64,000 bases of DNA, from positions 3,596,001 to 3,660,000 of the forward strand of contig CATNEN010000033.1 of assembly GCA_950097015.1 (NCBI GenBank), written 5' to 3'. The notes under the pieces were generated by a model. That model saw nothing but the letters and a program-made list of their open reading frames with translations, did no database searches and was not told the DNA's origin. Positions 1-11,662 of the stretch are shown here, piece after piece. Numbering within the stretch: position 1 is the stretch's first letter; each line of letters opens with the position of its first letter. This stretch comes from Macrostomum hystrix. Taxonomy: Eukaryota > Animalia > Platyhelminthes. The position numbers were made by a program, and so were the translations under genes.

Positions 1-792
1 ACGTTTAATAGGTCGATTAAACGTCTTCAATCCGCACGGTCGTGTCTTTGAAACAGTTTGCTCCGCGTACACCAGAACCTCCTCGGAACCTTCAGTCGTC
101 AGTTGGATTTGTTTGTTGTATTCCAGTTCGTGTAGGTCACGGCCACCTCGAAGTCCAAAGACCTTTCCGACAAGAAAGATTACTGTGACAAGAAGACTTT
201 TTGGTGAATTGTCACCCAGCACTCCACGATTCCAAAGAGAATCCTCGTCCGCAGCAGCAATCGGCGAGGCACTCTTACACCCGTTGAGATTGCCTTCCTT
301 AGCAGTCTCCCGCATAGCGGCATCAAGTGCACGTCGGGTTGCGACAAACTCCGCATCCGTCCAAATTGACATAGTGTAGACGTAGTAGTGTATGCTGGAT
401 CATCGTAATCAGATCCTTAAGAGTTCCCGGGGGAACATCTCGCCATTTTCCTTGCGCACCTCAAAGACGAAAAATTGAAGAAGATGATTTAAATCACTCT
501 TAGTCAGCTCCTCAATAGGCTTTAACAACATCAAGCCGGTAACTTCTCCTTCAAGTTGCAGTTGATTGCAATTTTCCTTCCAAGTTCTGAACACTTTAAT
601 TGCCCACTTTTCCTTCGCGTGGGTAGAGTTCGGCAGACTCTCAGCCAGCCTGCGCTTCAAATCGGTCGAATCAAGCAGCTCACCAACACGGCTTGTCGAA
701 GATAACGATGGACGCATCGCATCAGCAGCAGGTGGATTATCAGATGAATTGAAGAATTCAGAGAAGTCGAAGTCTTCCATAGCGCCAGCCAT
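1..792 (-). mobile_element. Crypton-type tyrosine recombinase (DUF3504-like) pseudogene #1, frameshifted, runs off the window edge
   Basis: ORF 409..792 gives LPNSTHAKEKWAIKVFRTW...LNHLLQFFVFEVRKENGEMFP. After frameshifts, my translation of 1-360 gives LWNRGVLGDNSPKSLLVTVIFLVGKVFGLRGGRDLHEL...SKTRPCGLK, including the first catalytic Arg motif (FGLRG). Confidence 0.85.
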
Positions 793-1596
793 TGCAAAAT
801 GTATTGCCCAAGTACTTGATATAGCACTTAAACAATTTCTTCTCTTAATCGCTCATCTTCTTTTTAGTCTTTCTATGCTGACTGTCTTTTATTCTTAATA
901 TTAATTTTTTCTATGGCCCGAAAGGATGCTATATGGATGTGCGATATTCAAAACTGTATTGGAAAACTACAAATGAAAGTTTGTCTATGGTTAGAATGTG
1001 GAGGCTTCGCCCCACACCCGCTAGCAGCCGCTGTCGAATAGATGGAATACTCTCCAAAATAGGTAATCTGATTTCATATAAAATAATAGCCTTTTAATAA
1101 GCTGTCTAACCACAGAATGCTTATTAAATGGCTATTATCATATACATAAAGCATGATTTTTTAGTCTATAATGCTCGCAATGTATAACTTTGATGCTTTT
1201 TTCGGGCTTTTTATTTACTGCTTTATGTCTGTGGTCGGGAAATAATGTCCGCAAATGTTTATTTCAGTAGAAATTTAACGATTGAACGATTTAACAGCGC
1301 ATTTAATATCAATAGTAAATTATTAGTATACCTTTTTGCGATCTTGTTGGCCAAAACTGCGATAAATTTGGCCAGCCTGGGATAGACAAAAAAGCACAGA
1401 TTGTACCCTTTTGTCTATGGTTTCCGGCATTCATACTTGCGGTAACAATTTAATTGTTTGTCGGCTTTTTTTGATTGTTGCCGGATTTCAGACGAATGTA
1501 TTTGGCTATCAAAACAAGGAACAACAATAGCAACACGGCGAAAGTGTTTCATAGTCACAAAAAGTTCTTAAGAACAAACCGATCGAATCAATTGTT

Positions 1597-3013
1597 TTAC
1601 TTTCCGTAAAAGTTGAATGTGCAGTTGTGGAACTGACCACCACAGAGGCTTCTCGGCAGGTCTTGGCCGCCCTCGGGTGCTTTCATCAGCTCGCCTCTAT
1701 CAGACCCAGTTGTCACACTTTCGATGGTGGATTCCGCATCGTCGTCAATCTTGGTGACTTTGGACCCATAGGCAGCCAGACAAGCGCTCATTCGGGCCAC
1801 ACAGTCCATGTCTCGCCGCTTGTATACATCCACTGAGCTCGAATTCTTGTGTCCCGTCATTAGTGTAATCGCTTGATTATCGAAACCGGCCTTGGCCAAA
1901 CAGTTCACCTAAGTTTCAGCAGTTGGGTAAGACAGTATTCTTACAGTTTTACTGAAGTGAGTAGGCCATGCGATCTTTACTCACCGTGGTTACTCGCACA
2001 CAATGGTTGGTGTACTTCCGCTGCAGAGCCAGACACGCACTCAGATTCTTCATGAAGTCTCCAAGTGAATCTTTGCCGAGTCGTTGGCAGGCTGAGAAGC
2101 CAGACTTATTGAGCCTTGGGAACAACACCTCACATCCATTCGGTAGTTGAGAGACGTACATTTTAAAGGCTTCGACGGGACAAACAGCTTTGTCTTGCAC
2201 GCTGTACATCCGAGCTAACTTGAGATCCTTGAATGCCTTCTCGTTCAACGACGCTTTAACGTTTTTCGACAGCATGGCGACAGCGACGCGTACAAACTCC
2301 GTACCTCCTTCTGACACTATCTCAAAACATCCAGGTGTCAACTCTCTCAGATTTTCTCGGCCTCGCAGTGCGAAATGGAGCAGAACGTTGAAAATGTTTT
2401 CGTCCTGCAGTTTACGAAGGGACGTTCGGTCAAAGTATGCGCGAATTGTTTGCATGTCGTCCTCGGAAATAGCTTCGTATTTGTCTACCTTCTCGACGTG
2501 TCCTTCCATGTACATTTTCACCATGGCGACAAGAACGCCATTGCAACGCTTGAAGGCTTCTCCGGTAACGATGTTCACCTGGCGATTAACGGACGGGGAT
2601 TGCAGGTGGCGTTGAATAGCCGCACGAAAACAGATGAGAGACTTTGGCGCATAGTAAGTTCCATCCTGCTTTCGAAGGGATGAATAGAAAAGCCTCAGAT
2701 AATCGTTCAAAAATCGATCCGGAACACGCTCAAACTCCTGGCAGAGCCCCTTCTCGTTGAGGAACTGTCGGAACCTTGCCACGTGAAGCTTCCGTTGCGT
2801 CTCGGTCGATTTCGGCACTGAGTCACTCTCAAGTCGGTCCAACATTTCCAGATCTTCGCTACGTAGCTCAGGCAGCCCGTTGGAACTGGACGACGCATCC
2901 AGGTTGTCCATCTCCAGAACGTAGCGCGTGCTCGACTCTCGGGTGACAAAAGCCAACTCGTCCGTGGAGAGTCCACATATTTCTCCGCCAGGAATGTTTG
3001 CGTAGCGAATCAT
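1597..3013 (-). CDS. Intact Crypton-type tyrosine recombinase #2, join(1985..3013,1597..1908), 446 aa
   Basis: Removing a 76-nt phase-0 GTGAGT...TTAG intron (1984-1909) joins ORFs 1949..3034 and 1597..1908 into one frame. Catalytic set is complete: ALRGRE, SKN, HCVR, TGH, DVY. ATG at 3013. Confidence 0.88.
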
Positions 3014-3778
3014 AGCTACTTTTCCTATTTGCACTCCGAATAGGAGAATTAAATAAAGCTCAAAATCAACTTGAGAATTAACTCATGGCAGCCAGGCTAG
3101 CTGTCTTCACTGTCCTTTAAATTTGCCATAAACGATTAATTATCTCTACAACCCTTTCATTTAGAGAGCGACTAAATTTGCTCTCCGGCAACATTCCGGC
3201 AACAATCGCATTTCATACTCAGCATCCGCACTATGTCTGGGCCATAGACAAGGGAAGTCAAAAGGGTACAATAATGACATATACCGATTTTTTCGGCAGC
3301 AATTGCTCTACTAAGCTTCAGCCGCTACGCGGCTTCAGCTTACGCAATTGCTGCCGAAAAAAATCGGTATATATCGTTACATTGGCCCAGATTTCACCAT
3401 AGAATCTGCCGCAAACTGCAATCAAATTGGCACAAACTGCGATCAAATTGGCCAGCAGTTAACTTAGCAATCAGTTGCATTGTCATTAACTTTTGCGGGC
3501 ACACGTGTCCCTTTTCGGGGTATCAATGAATGAAATTTCGTCTCGAATTTTCCGTAGTCTATGTTAAAACAGCAGTCCAACCAAGGAGTTCTATAATTAG
3601 TAATTTTATAGAACGATCCTTGATTTTAACATGCAAGTGCAAGTGTATTGTCGTTTTAGAACATAGATAGCAGCATAATGGAAAGATAATGATAACAGTG
3701 CAATAACAATGACGGTAACAATGAAGCGCAATATCAGTTTTGCAAATTCAGTTTGCAACAGTGTTTACTTTCGACGCA

Positions 3779-4953
3779 TTACTGCTTACCATCACCAGCT
3801 AGTTTGAACGTGCAATTCTTGAAAGTCCCATTGAAGTTCACGACGATAGTTGGCACAGCCTCGGTAGACCGCTGCTCTCCAAGCTTGGTTTCCGCAGACA
3901 TAGTCTCGGTAATCGCAACTTCGCCATCCTGGCCAATGCGACGAATACAGACCTGGGAGGAGCTTGTCTCGACGCTCAGTGCTGATGGCATCGCACGGAA
4001 GTCGGCATCGCGCCTCCCTACGCTCTGCGGATTCTTGTGGCCAGTGTTAGATGCGATAGCCGAGTTTGAGAAGCCTCTCTCCTTCAGTACCGTCACGTGT
4101 GTAACTCTAATGCAGTGGTTGGTATAACGCTTAGAGAGGGCAAGTTTAGAAGACAAAGTACTCAATTGAATTTTTGCCTAAATTTCGCGCAGCACAGTAC
4201 CAGCGTTTGTCGGCCAGGCCCTTAGAAAAATTCATACACGGCTTCGGAAAGAGACTTTCGATCCGCAGTTCGTCCAACCGCTGCAGATACAAGCGCATAG
4301 CTGACACAGGACAGTTCGCCGAGCCCTCGGTGGCATACATGCGCACCTTCTTGGCATTCTCGAACTCGCTCGGTTACAACGAAGCCTTGGCATTCTTGCT
4401 GATGATGTCATGACTCAGGGTGAAATACTCTTTGCCTTCCGAGTCCTCTTGAAAGTCGAAGCTTGTCTTAGATAGTAAAGGCAGCGTCTCTCGCCCACGT
4501 AGTCCAAAGTAGTAGATTAGATGGAACTTCACCTCCTGTTGCAGTACTTCGCCGTTTGTCCGATCAAAGTAGTCCATGATTTTGACAAGATCGTTCTTCT
4601 CGATCACTGCGAACTCGTCTCCAGCCTTTGGTTGATTTGCACGCTTGTATTTTTGCACTATGGACACAAGCATCCGATTGGCAGCAGTGAACACAGGGTC
4701 TCCGATAATGTTTACACCTGGACGATTAAGGTTGAAGTACCGATTCAATCCACGTTCCTTCACGTTCAATCTCTCTCAGTTCCTCGAGCGCATCTTCATC
4801 GAGGTCCAGGATTTCTTCCTCATCTAGCCTTCGAGCAAACTCGCCACTTAGTTCCTCCAGATAACGAGTTGCAGATTCCGAAGTCACCCAGTTCAGCTCT
4901 TCAGTTGATAATGCGCTGACCAGTTGATCGGGTAGATTCGCTAAGTTTAACAT
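3779..4953 (-). pseudogene. Crypton-type tyrosine recombinase #3, paralog of #2, with frameshifts, a stop and an internal deletion
   Basis: ORF pieces 4726..4953, 4374..4769 (YYFGLRGRE...SKNAKASL), 4146..4346 (CPVSAMRLY) and 3779..4165 (YTNHCIRVT...TGHKNPQSV) are collinear with #2. The catalytic Tyr position is lost. Confidence 0.88.
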
Positions 4954-5456
4954 TTTAACACTCCTGTATTAAAGATCTGTTGTCCCTCTCCTTCTTATTT
5001 AACGAAGTTCTCTCGCTCCTCACTCTCCTTATAGTCTATGGCGCTTATACCCATCAACCGATTGGAAACAAACTTAGACCATAGACATTCCAACATCTCT
5101 AATATAGGGCCCGCTAATTTCTGCATTGTCGCCCGGAATTTTCTTGCTCAAGTTACTGACAATATGATTAACATAGAATTTTGCTAGTAGTCAATGTAGA
5201 ATTTTGAGGGCGCGCAAGCGCAAACTACAAAATTCTATGTTAATGTAACATTTTACTGAAGGATATTCATTAAGTAAACAGTGCAAGAAACGATAAATAT
5301 GCCTACCGACTACATATTGAACCCAATTCACGCTGATAAGCAGACTTAACCAATATAAATTTTTGCAAGCACAAAAAATGAGAACAAACATCAAAGGCGG
5401 CTGTAAGCGGGTGTCACTGGCAGCACTGAAGAACTTGTCTGCAGCATACATGTCCG

Positions 5457-6524
5457 TCAAGCAAGGATGTCATCCCGCTGTAAGCATCGTTGAAAGTATG
5501 TCTGGTTGTGGTTGCACCACTGAATGCACTTGTGCTGGGTGATGACATCCATGGACGCCTCGACTTAGCGCTTAAGGACAGCCATTCGATGCTGGTCCAT
5601 CGTTACACCCGCAGCTTGTGCCAGGTGTCTGTCCGCGACCTCACGCTGTATGGCAGGTGTCTGCACTCTCTGCTTCACTGCTGCCTTCAGAGCGGATCCT
5701 GCTCGTTCAGCCGGATTGATGAATGGCGAATATGGCGGCAGGAACCAGAAGTCGTGTCCATCTGACATTGTGGGGGCATTGAGGTGAGCCCGAGCTCCGT
5801 CAAAGAGGATCACGAAATCGCCTCCCACCAGCTGGTCAACTTCGGACAGAAATGCGCAGAATTGTTCATTGCGGACGCCTCCCTCCACCAGAGCAAAGTG
5901 AACCAGGCCAATCTCCTGAGAAATCGCCACGCAAATGCTGAGAGATTTCTTCCGCGTTGTCCATTTACAATGGCAACCGCCCGTTCACCCCGTGCAGCTC
6001 GGCCTTGAGTGCGACAAGTGAGGTCCACAAGTTCACTCCAACTCGTCCATGTACAGCAGATGCTTCTGGCTCCCGTCCTCCAACAGCCACTCAACGTGCA
6101 TCCTTCGAGCCTCCTTCGTGACCTCTTCATTTCAATTCTGCGGCACCTGCCTGACCAGCTTGAGGGTGATTAGGCGGCCATCAAGTGCGCGGCTTCTGGT
6201 CGTGAGGTCCACATTTGGAGCATTTGAAAACTCTAGGATGAGATGGCTCTTCATCTGCTGCAGAGTCACTGTCCGATTGCCACCAATGTATGCGCAAATG
6301 CTGTCAAGCATGGCGTCGGTCAACGACTTGCGCTTGTCACCTCCTCGAGGCAGAGGTTCAGTACGACCAGTGGCTGCGAACGTTCCTACGATGTTTCTTA
6401 CTGTTTTTCTAGCGATGCCCATCAGCCGACCCAGATGCTGCCAGTCATCCCCATTCTCAAATGCTTGAATCAACCGATGGCGATCCTGTGTGGAAACTTT
6501 TCTGTATGGACCTCTCTTGGCCAT
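5457..6524 (-). pseudogene. IS630/Tc1-like DDE transposase pseudogene A
   Basis: N-terminal HTH region (RKTVRNIVGTF...LPRGG), then YMDE, VILFDGARAH and FLPPYSPFINPAE motifs, interrupted by stops and frameshifts. Confidence 0.9.
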
Positions 6525-6823
6525 GTCGAAACTCTTCCTTTGGCACTGACATACAGACCTGGGCCATATTGATCGCAGTTTAGGCCAACTTGGTCGCAGC
6601 TAGACAACTTTGTCTATGAAGAAACCTTATTTATGCTGAGCAAAACTTGGGAGAGAGATTTTCGTCTCTACGCTTTTCATGTGGGCCAAATTGATCGCAG
6701 TTTTGGCCAACTACTTCTGCATTCAGGAACTACTTCAGGAATAGATCGCAAAAAGGTATTTAATATTAATAGTAAATATCAATTGTCTTGTCAAATAGTA
6801 ATGTAAATTATCATATATCAATA

Positions 6824-7075
6824 TCAATTGTTGATGACGACGCTACAGTTGTTGAAGTTGAAGTTCGCAGTAGATCCACGGCTTACTGTCTCCCGAACCA
6901 TTTTAGCGTCAACAATGGCTGAACATGATTCCAGTTGAACGTCATATGTGCGCATATACTGTCGCACTCCCACTGTGCTGCGATGACCGGTGCGCTCCAT
7001 GATGAGTTGTTCATCTACTCCAGCGTTGAAAACAGACGTGTGGCGCATGTCGCCTTCAGGCTGTGATTATAGCAT
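6824..7075 (-). mobile_element. Crypton tyrosine recombinase #4, C-terminal fragment
   Basis: With one frameshift: YNHSLKATCATRLF-NAGVDEQLIMERTGHRSTVGVRQYMRT...FNFNNCSVVIN, the HxxR-like/TGH/Y end of DUF3504-type recombinases. Confidence 0.85.
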
Positions 7076-7389
7076 TTTGCGGTCTAGATGGGACAGCGGG
7101 CTTTTAAATTGGACACAGAGTTGTCTGCTGCTCCAAGCCGCGACTGCTGCCTATGGCCTACTCTAAAAGACACACACGGGCTTTTAAATTAGACAGCGGG
7201 CACACATTTAGACACTAAGGCGTAGGTTATAGTCATGTATTTCAGTACAATTCGTTGATACGCTCGGAATAAAATGAAGTAAATTTTTCGTGCATTCTCA
7301 AGAAGTTCACGCCAACAGAAACGTCTTTACAAATCATGAAGCAACCTAACACAACGATTATTTAGAGTTTTGTTTACAGTCATCCACTC

Positions 7390-8400
7390 ATCCTGATATG
7401 TTCACATTGGCCAGGCACTGAGGGATGAGGAGGCCAGGCACCAGGCACTTAGCGCAGGGTGTGCTGATACCACCTCACACATTTCTGCTGGGTGATGCTA
7501 TCGATGGCTTCAACACCGCACCGCTGCAGCACCATGAGTCTCCAGTCCTTGGCGGTGAAGTCAACAGGTACCATGGCGAACTCTTGCTGCACGCCTGGCT
7601 GGCTCATCTGGCGTTTTAAAAGTGCTGTGTGCTAGCTCCACCGGGTTAAGAAATGGTAAATACGGAGGAAAAACTCGAATGCTAATGCGACCCTAGTACC
7701 CCTGCGGAATTTGCAGGCCTTGGTGAAACCGGGCACCGTCAAGCAGAATCACACTGGAGTGACCATCCTGCAGCTGAGCAACAATCCTTGGGCAGATGCG
7801 TTGCACGAACATTTGTACGCGCTCGAGGTTCACATTTCCGATCTCCAGGCTGTAATCCACCAGGCCAGTTGATGGCGACGTAGCCAGAATGAGGTTGACA
7901 GATGTGCTCTTCTGGGTGTGAACGTTCATTCGAACTCGTGTTCCACGAACACTTCTGCCGAAGCCGCGTCGAGTCCAGACTCCGTAGCCGGATTCATCGA
8001 GGTGCACCAGGTCGACGAATGGTGGTAGGTTTACCAACCATTGAGCGAAATCCTGCCTCTTTGCTTTGTTCTCTTCTGTGTTTCGTGCCTCGGGAACGTC
8101 ACCTTCCCTCGAAGGACAGATCATGGTGAAAAGATGTCCATCCAATGATCGTGATATTGTTGAAAGGTCGACACTCTCCAGGGTACCATGAAACCCAGCC
8201 AGCAGGGCAGTGCGCAGCTGCTGCAACGTGAGAAACGGGTTGTCCTCCACCGCAGCTAGCAGAAAGTCATTCATAAGGCTCGGTGAGCTTTCGATTCTTG
8301 GTTCCACCCCTGGGCAGTGCATGGCGTCTCCCTTCCAAATGAAAGGCGTGGCAGATGTTGTACACGGAGGTTCGCTTGATGTCCAGCATTCGAGAAATTT
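7390..8400 (-). mobile_element. IS630/Tc1-like transposase pseudogene B, same clade as A, 5' end truncated by the P remnant
   Basis: HLDESG, VILLDGARFH and VFPPYLPFLNPVE motifs. The C-terminal ITQQKCVRW matches ITQHKCIQW of copy A. Confidence 0.88.
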
Positions 8401-8403
8401 CGC

Positions 8404-10083
8404 TCACTGGCTCACCTCTTTGCCAGGCTTGAATAAGCTTTTTTCTCGAGTTATTTTAGCGTACGCAGGATTCTCCATTCTGAGTCTCTTGATTACGAAC
8501 AGTAAAATGGTGTCAACATGTTTGCGCAGCCATGTTTGAAGTGCATCAGCAGAGGGCTTCGTGAGTCCCGTGAACATTTGTGGAAGCTGCTTCTCTCTGA
8601 AAAAAGCGCCAGACTCGTCTTTCGTCAGTAGTGCCGTTCGGCAGGTGCTGCATACCAGGACGCCACTTTTAAGAATCAAGTAACCTGCTATGTACTCGAC
8701 AATTTCAATCGTAACATCTCCCAGATCAATTTCTGCCATCTCGTCAGTCTCTGGTGCCTCAGCATGAGAATCACGAATCGCTCATGCCGTTGTAGACGGT
8801 GCAGCACCCATCGTCCATCGCCACAAGAGCCGGTGTGTTGCTGGCAACCAGTGTAGGACGAACAGCAGCAACACCGCCATCATCTTCGCAGTTTGTATTT
8901 GATGAGCCTGAATAAGCTAAGCCGCTCGATGCAACAGATCGCAAGGCACCGACAAAGGCAGACAATTCAGGCCTATTATTGAATCAATTTCGACCTCGCA
9001 TAATGCAGAACAAATTCTGAAAGCAGTTGAAAGGAATAGTGCATATTTACTCTTAATTGGCCAGTTTCAAAGAAGACGCCGAGTCGTCTTACCTCAACAT
9101 GGTCCTGGGTAAAGCGCCGAAGATAAACAAACTAAAATCCGTCCGTAGAAATGAGATGCTTTGAAAGGCTGGCCAAGGAGGCAATTGAAACGGACCACAC
9201 GGTCTGGAATTTTATTCTTAATTTGACTGGTCCCCCAGAAATCGGATGAAAGCACCAGCTGCTAATGAATTCGCGCACCTGATCGAGCATCTCGATTTGC
9301 TCATCCGCAGTATCTCAGAAGATTGGCCGGTAGAATCCTTTTGCCATTGCATCCGTAGAATTGAGCAGATCGAATGAGTCGTTCAGTTTCTCAACAAAGT
9401 CAGCCGCCTGCAAACTCTCTTCACTCATCTTGCCATGATGGACTAGCGTTCTGATTCCGGCTGCAACGGAATGGCTGAAAATCTGAGCAGCAAGACTCAC
9501 CTTCATTTTTTCCTAACCTCAAGGTGAAATGCAGTTCACCTAATTTCTTGGCTAGTCTAAGCTCTCTTCCGCATTCATCGTGGTAGAACTTCACCAGATG
9601 CTCCCATTTAGCCAGCTCGCCCTTATCAAACTCTATAGTGTTATTTTAATGAGCTTTTCTGGCATTCTTTAAACAGTGAGGCAAGTCTATCACGATGAAC
9701 ACAGGATCCTTAGTGACGGGATGAGAAATGAACGGCTTGGATGGTGTAACCAGCTTTGACAGAAACGCCCATTGTGTGGTCTCTTGATCAGCCACAAGAG
9801 CTGCTACACGAATTCCAGCTTTATGGCTGGCCACCAGACACTCTTGGATGGCATCATTGAAGCCCTGCTGACCAAGAGTTGAGCGCACTGGGTAGTAGGC
9901 TATCGGTTGCTTCCAATTTGTTGCGACTCCGCGCAAAACAGCCACGACAGCCTCGTCCACTGGTTTATGTTCACCTGTGACTTTGGAGCTGACAAGTCCA
10001 CTGACAACGTATTGGTGCTGATCACAGCGGATGGATCGAGCGAGGCTCATGCCGTCAAAGCATAGGATGGCGATCCTTTCCAT
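8404..10083 (-). mobile_element. P-element/THAP9-family transposase remnant, 5'-truncated and degraded
   Basis: LCFDGMSL, WKQPIAYY, VADQ, DLPHCLKNAR, KMKVSLAAQIFSHSVA, NDSFDLLNS, NCEDD and YIAGY...CSTC motifs appear in the expected order across ORFs 9646..10083, 9315..9506, 8771..8965 and 8404..8739. Confidence 0.92.
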
Positions 10084-10319
10084 CTGTTTTCGCTAGGCCC
10101 CCACAGCCCCGCAAGGGGGCAAGCACCCCCTTGATCCCGCCATGTGGGGGCTCCACACATGCCCCCCCAGCTAACCACCCCTGACCCCTGACCAAATCGT
10201 TTATTCCACAAAAATTCGCTAAAATCGCAAAAAATAAATTTGTTGTTGGCCCGTTTAAAGTTAGGGATACATATCATATTCCTCACTCATATAGTTTTAT
10301 ATAGATAAAAAACCTCGGT

Positions 10320-10830
10320 ATTGACGTCGGACACAGTAACACGAGACTGTTGTATGATACTAACCGCAGAAGCCTCGGTGGCGTCTCCACTCAAAATAGC
10401 ACTTTGGATCTTCTGTCTTGTTGTTGATGGCGCTATGTATTTCTCCAGAGCCTTGGTAGTAGCGTGACCGGTGATCCGAGCAATGTCTCCGCGTTCGACA
10501 CCAGCCTCGTGGAGTTAAGTAGCACATGCTTTTCGCAGGCTCTGATTTGAGAAACGAGCAGTGCTGTTTGGCCGAACTTCAGACACTGCGGCCGTGTCAT
10601 GCTTCTTATTTCTTACCTCAAGGATGAAAAGCTTCAGCAAATAGTTCAAATCGGACCTAGTAAATTCGTCCATAGATTTTAATACCATCAGAGAGGAGCC
10701 GCCATTCTTTGCACAGTCTGCTTTTTCATTTGAGCCACTCTTTAAACGTCGATATCATCCACGAACTCTTCTTGACTGTATTTGGTGGTACTGTTGCTCT
10801 TCGGCGCATCGGCTTCTGCATCCGACAAGA
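10320..10830 (-). mobile_element. Crypton tyrosine recombinase #5, internally deleted derivative
   Basis: My translation: VPPNTVKKSSWMISTFKEW...MDEFTRSDLNYLLKLFILEVR joined almost directly to FSNQSLRKACAT*LHEAGVERGDIARITGHATTKALEKY. Not in the ORF track. Confidence 0.8.
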
Positions 10831-11163
10831 TTTGATGTCGAGCACCAGACTGTCCAGGCATATTTCTTGGCTTATTTGTCGATAAAATCAGCACGTCTCT
10901 CGGTTGTATAAGTGTCCCGGCTTGCTGTGTTGCTGCAAAAATAACTTTACTTCGTCGTACAGTAATTTCTTTCTAGATTAGCTTTCAGCTTTGTGCCATA
11001 GACAAAAAACTTAATTTATACTTTTCATTTTTAATACATCGGGAATCGGGAATCGGCGAATCGGGCTTCGGCGAATCGGGAGTAAACCGTATCCCCCGTA
11101 ATTGTAACGGGCAAACTAGCAAAAAGTAAAGGGAAACTAAAGTACTAAAGAACTAGAAAAAAT

Positions 11164-11662
11164 GGTTTACTCCCGATTCGCCGAATCCCGATTCGCCGAT
11201 TCCCGATTCGCCGATTCCCGATTCGCCGAATCCTGATTCAATACATCTTACTTTATCATAAATTAAAATTAAACCACATAACCATTGCCCTCTTTGAGTG
11301 TTGGTCAAACATTGGAACTCTATTTTTAATGTATTGAAATTAATTAAAAAACTAACTTAAATGAAATGCACTTTCTTCATTCATTAACTTGTAAAATTGC
11401 TTCTAAACTTTATTAACTTTCTGGAACGTAGATTGAGTGAGAAAAGAAGAACATCACACGTACTTCGGAAAAAGCAAAACTTGCTGGACATCCTTGTAGA
11501 GCCGAAAGTAAAAGTGTAATGAGTTACGGTAGCTCAGCAAAAAATGTTCTTAGCAATTTTTTCGCAAAAAGGGAATTCGGCGAATCGGGAATCGGCGAAT
11601 CAGGAATTCGGCGAATCGGGAATTTCGGCGAATCGGGAATTTCGGTGAATCGGGAGTAAACC
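11164..11662. mobile_element. MITE-like element with TIRs and subterminal tandem repeats, plus an orphan end at 11041-11088
   Basis: GGTTTACTCCCGATTCGCCGAA at 11164 is the inverse of 11641-11662 (21/22). Internal CCGATTCG/CGGCGAATCGGG arrays; no ORF; superfamily unassigned. Confidence 0.7.

Larger units (their letters stand above)
1331..6756 (-). mobile_element. IS630/Tc1-like DNA transposon with IR/DR-type termini, carrying two nested Crypton insertions
   Basis: Terminal inverted repeat CCTTTTTGCGATCT (1331-1344 vs 6743-6756, 14/14) is flanked by TA on both sides. Outer DR 1346-1373 vs 6684-6711 matches 27/28; inner DR 3416-3453 vs 6562-6599 matches 31/38. Transposase remnant at 5457-6524. 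Confidence 0.75.
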
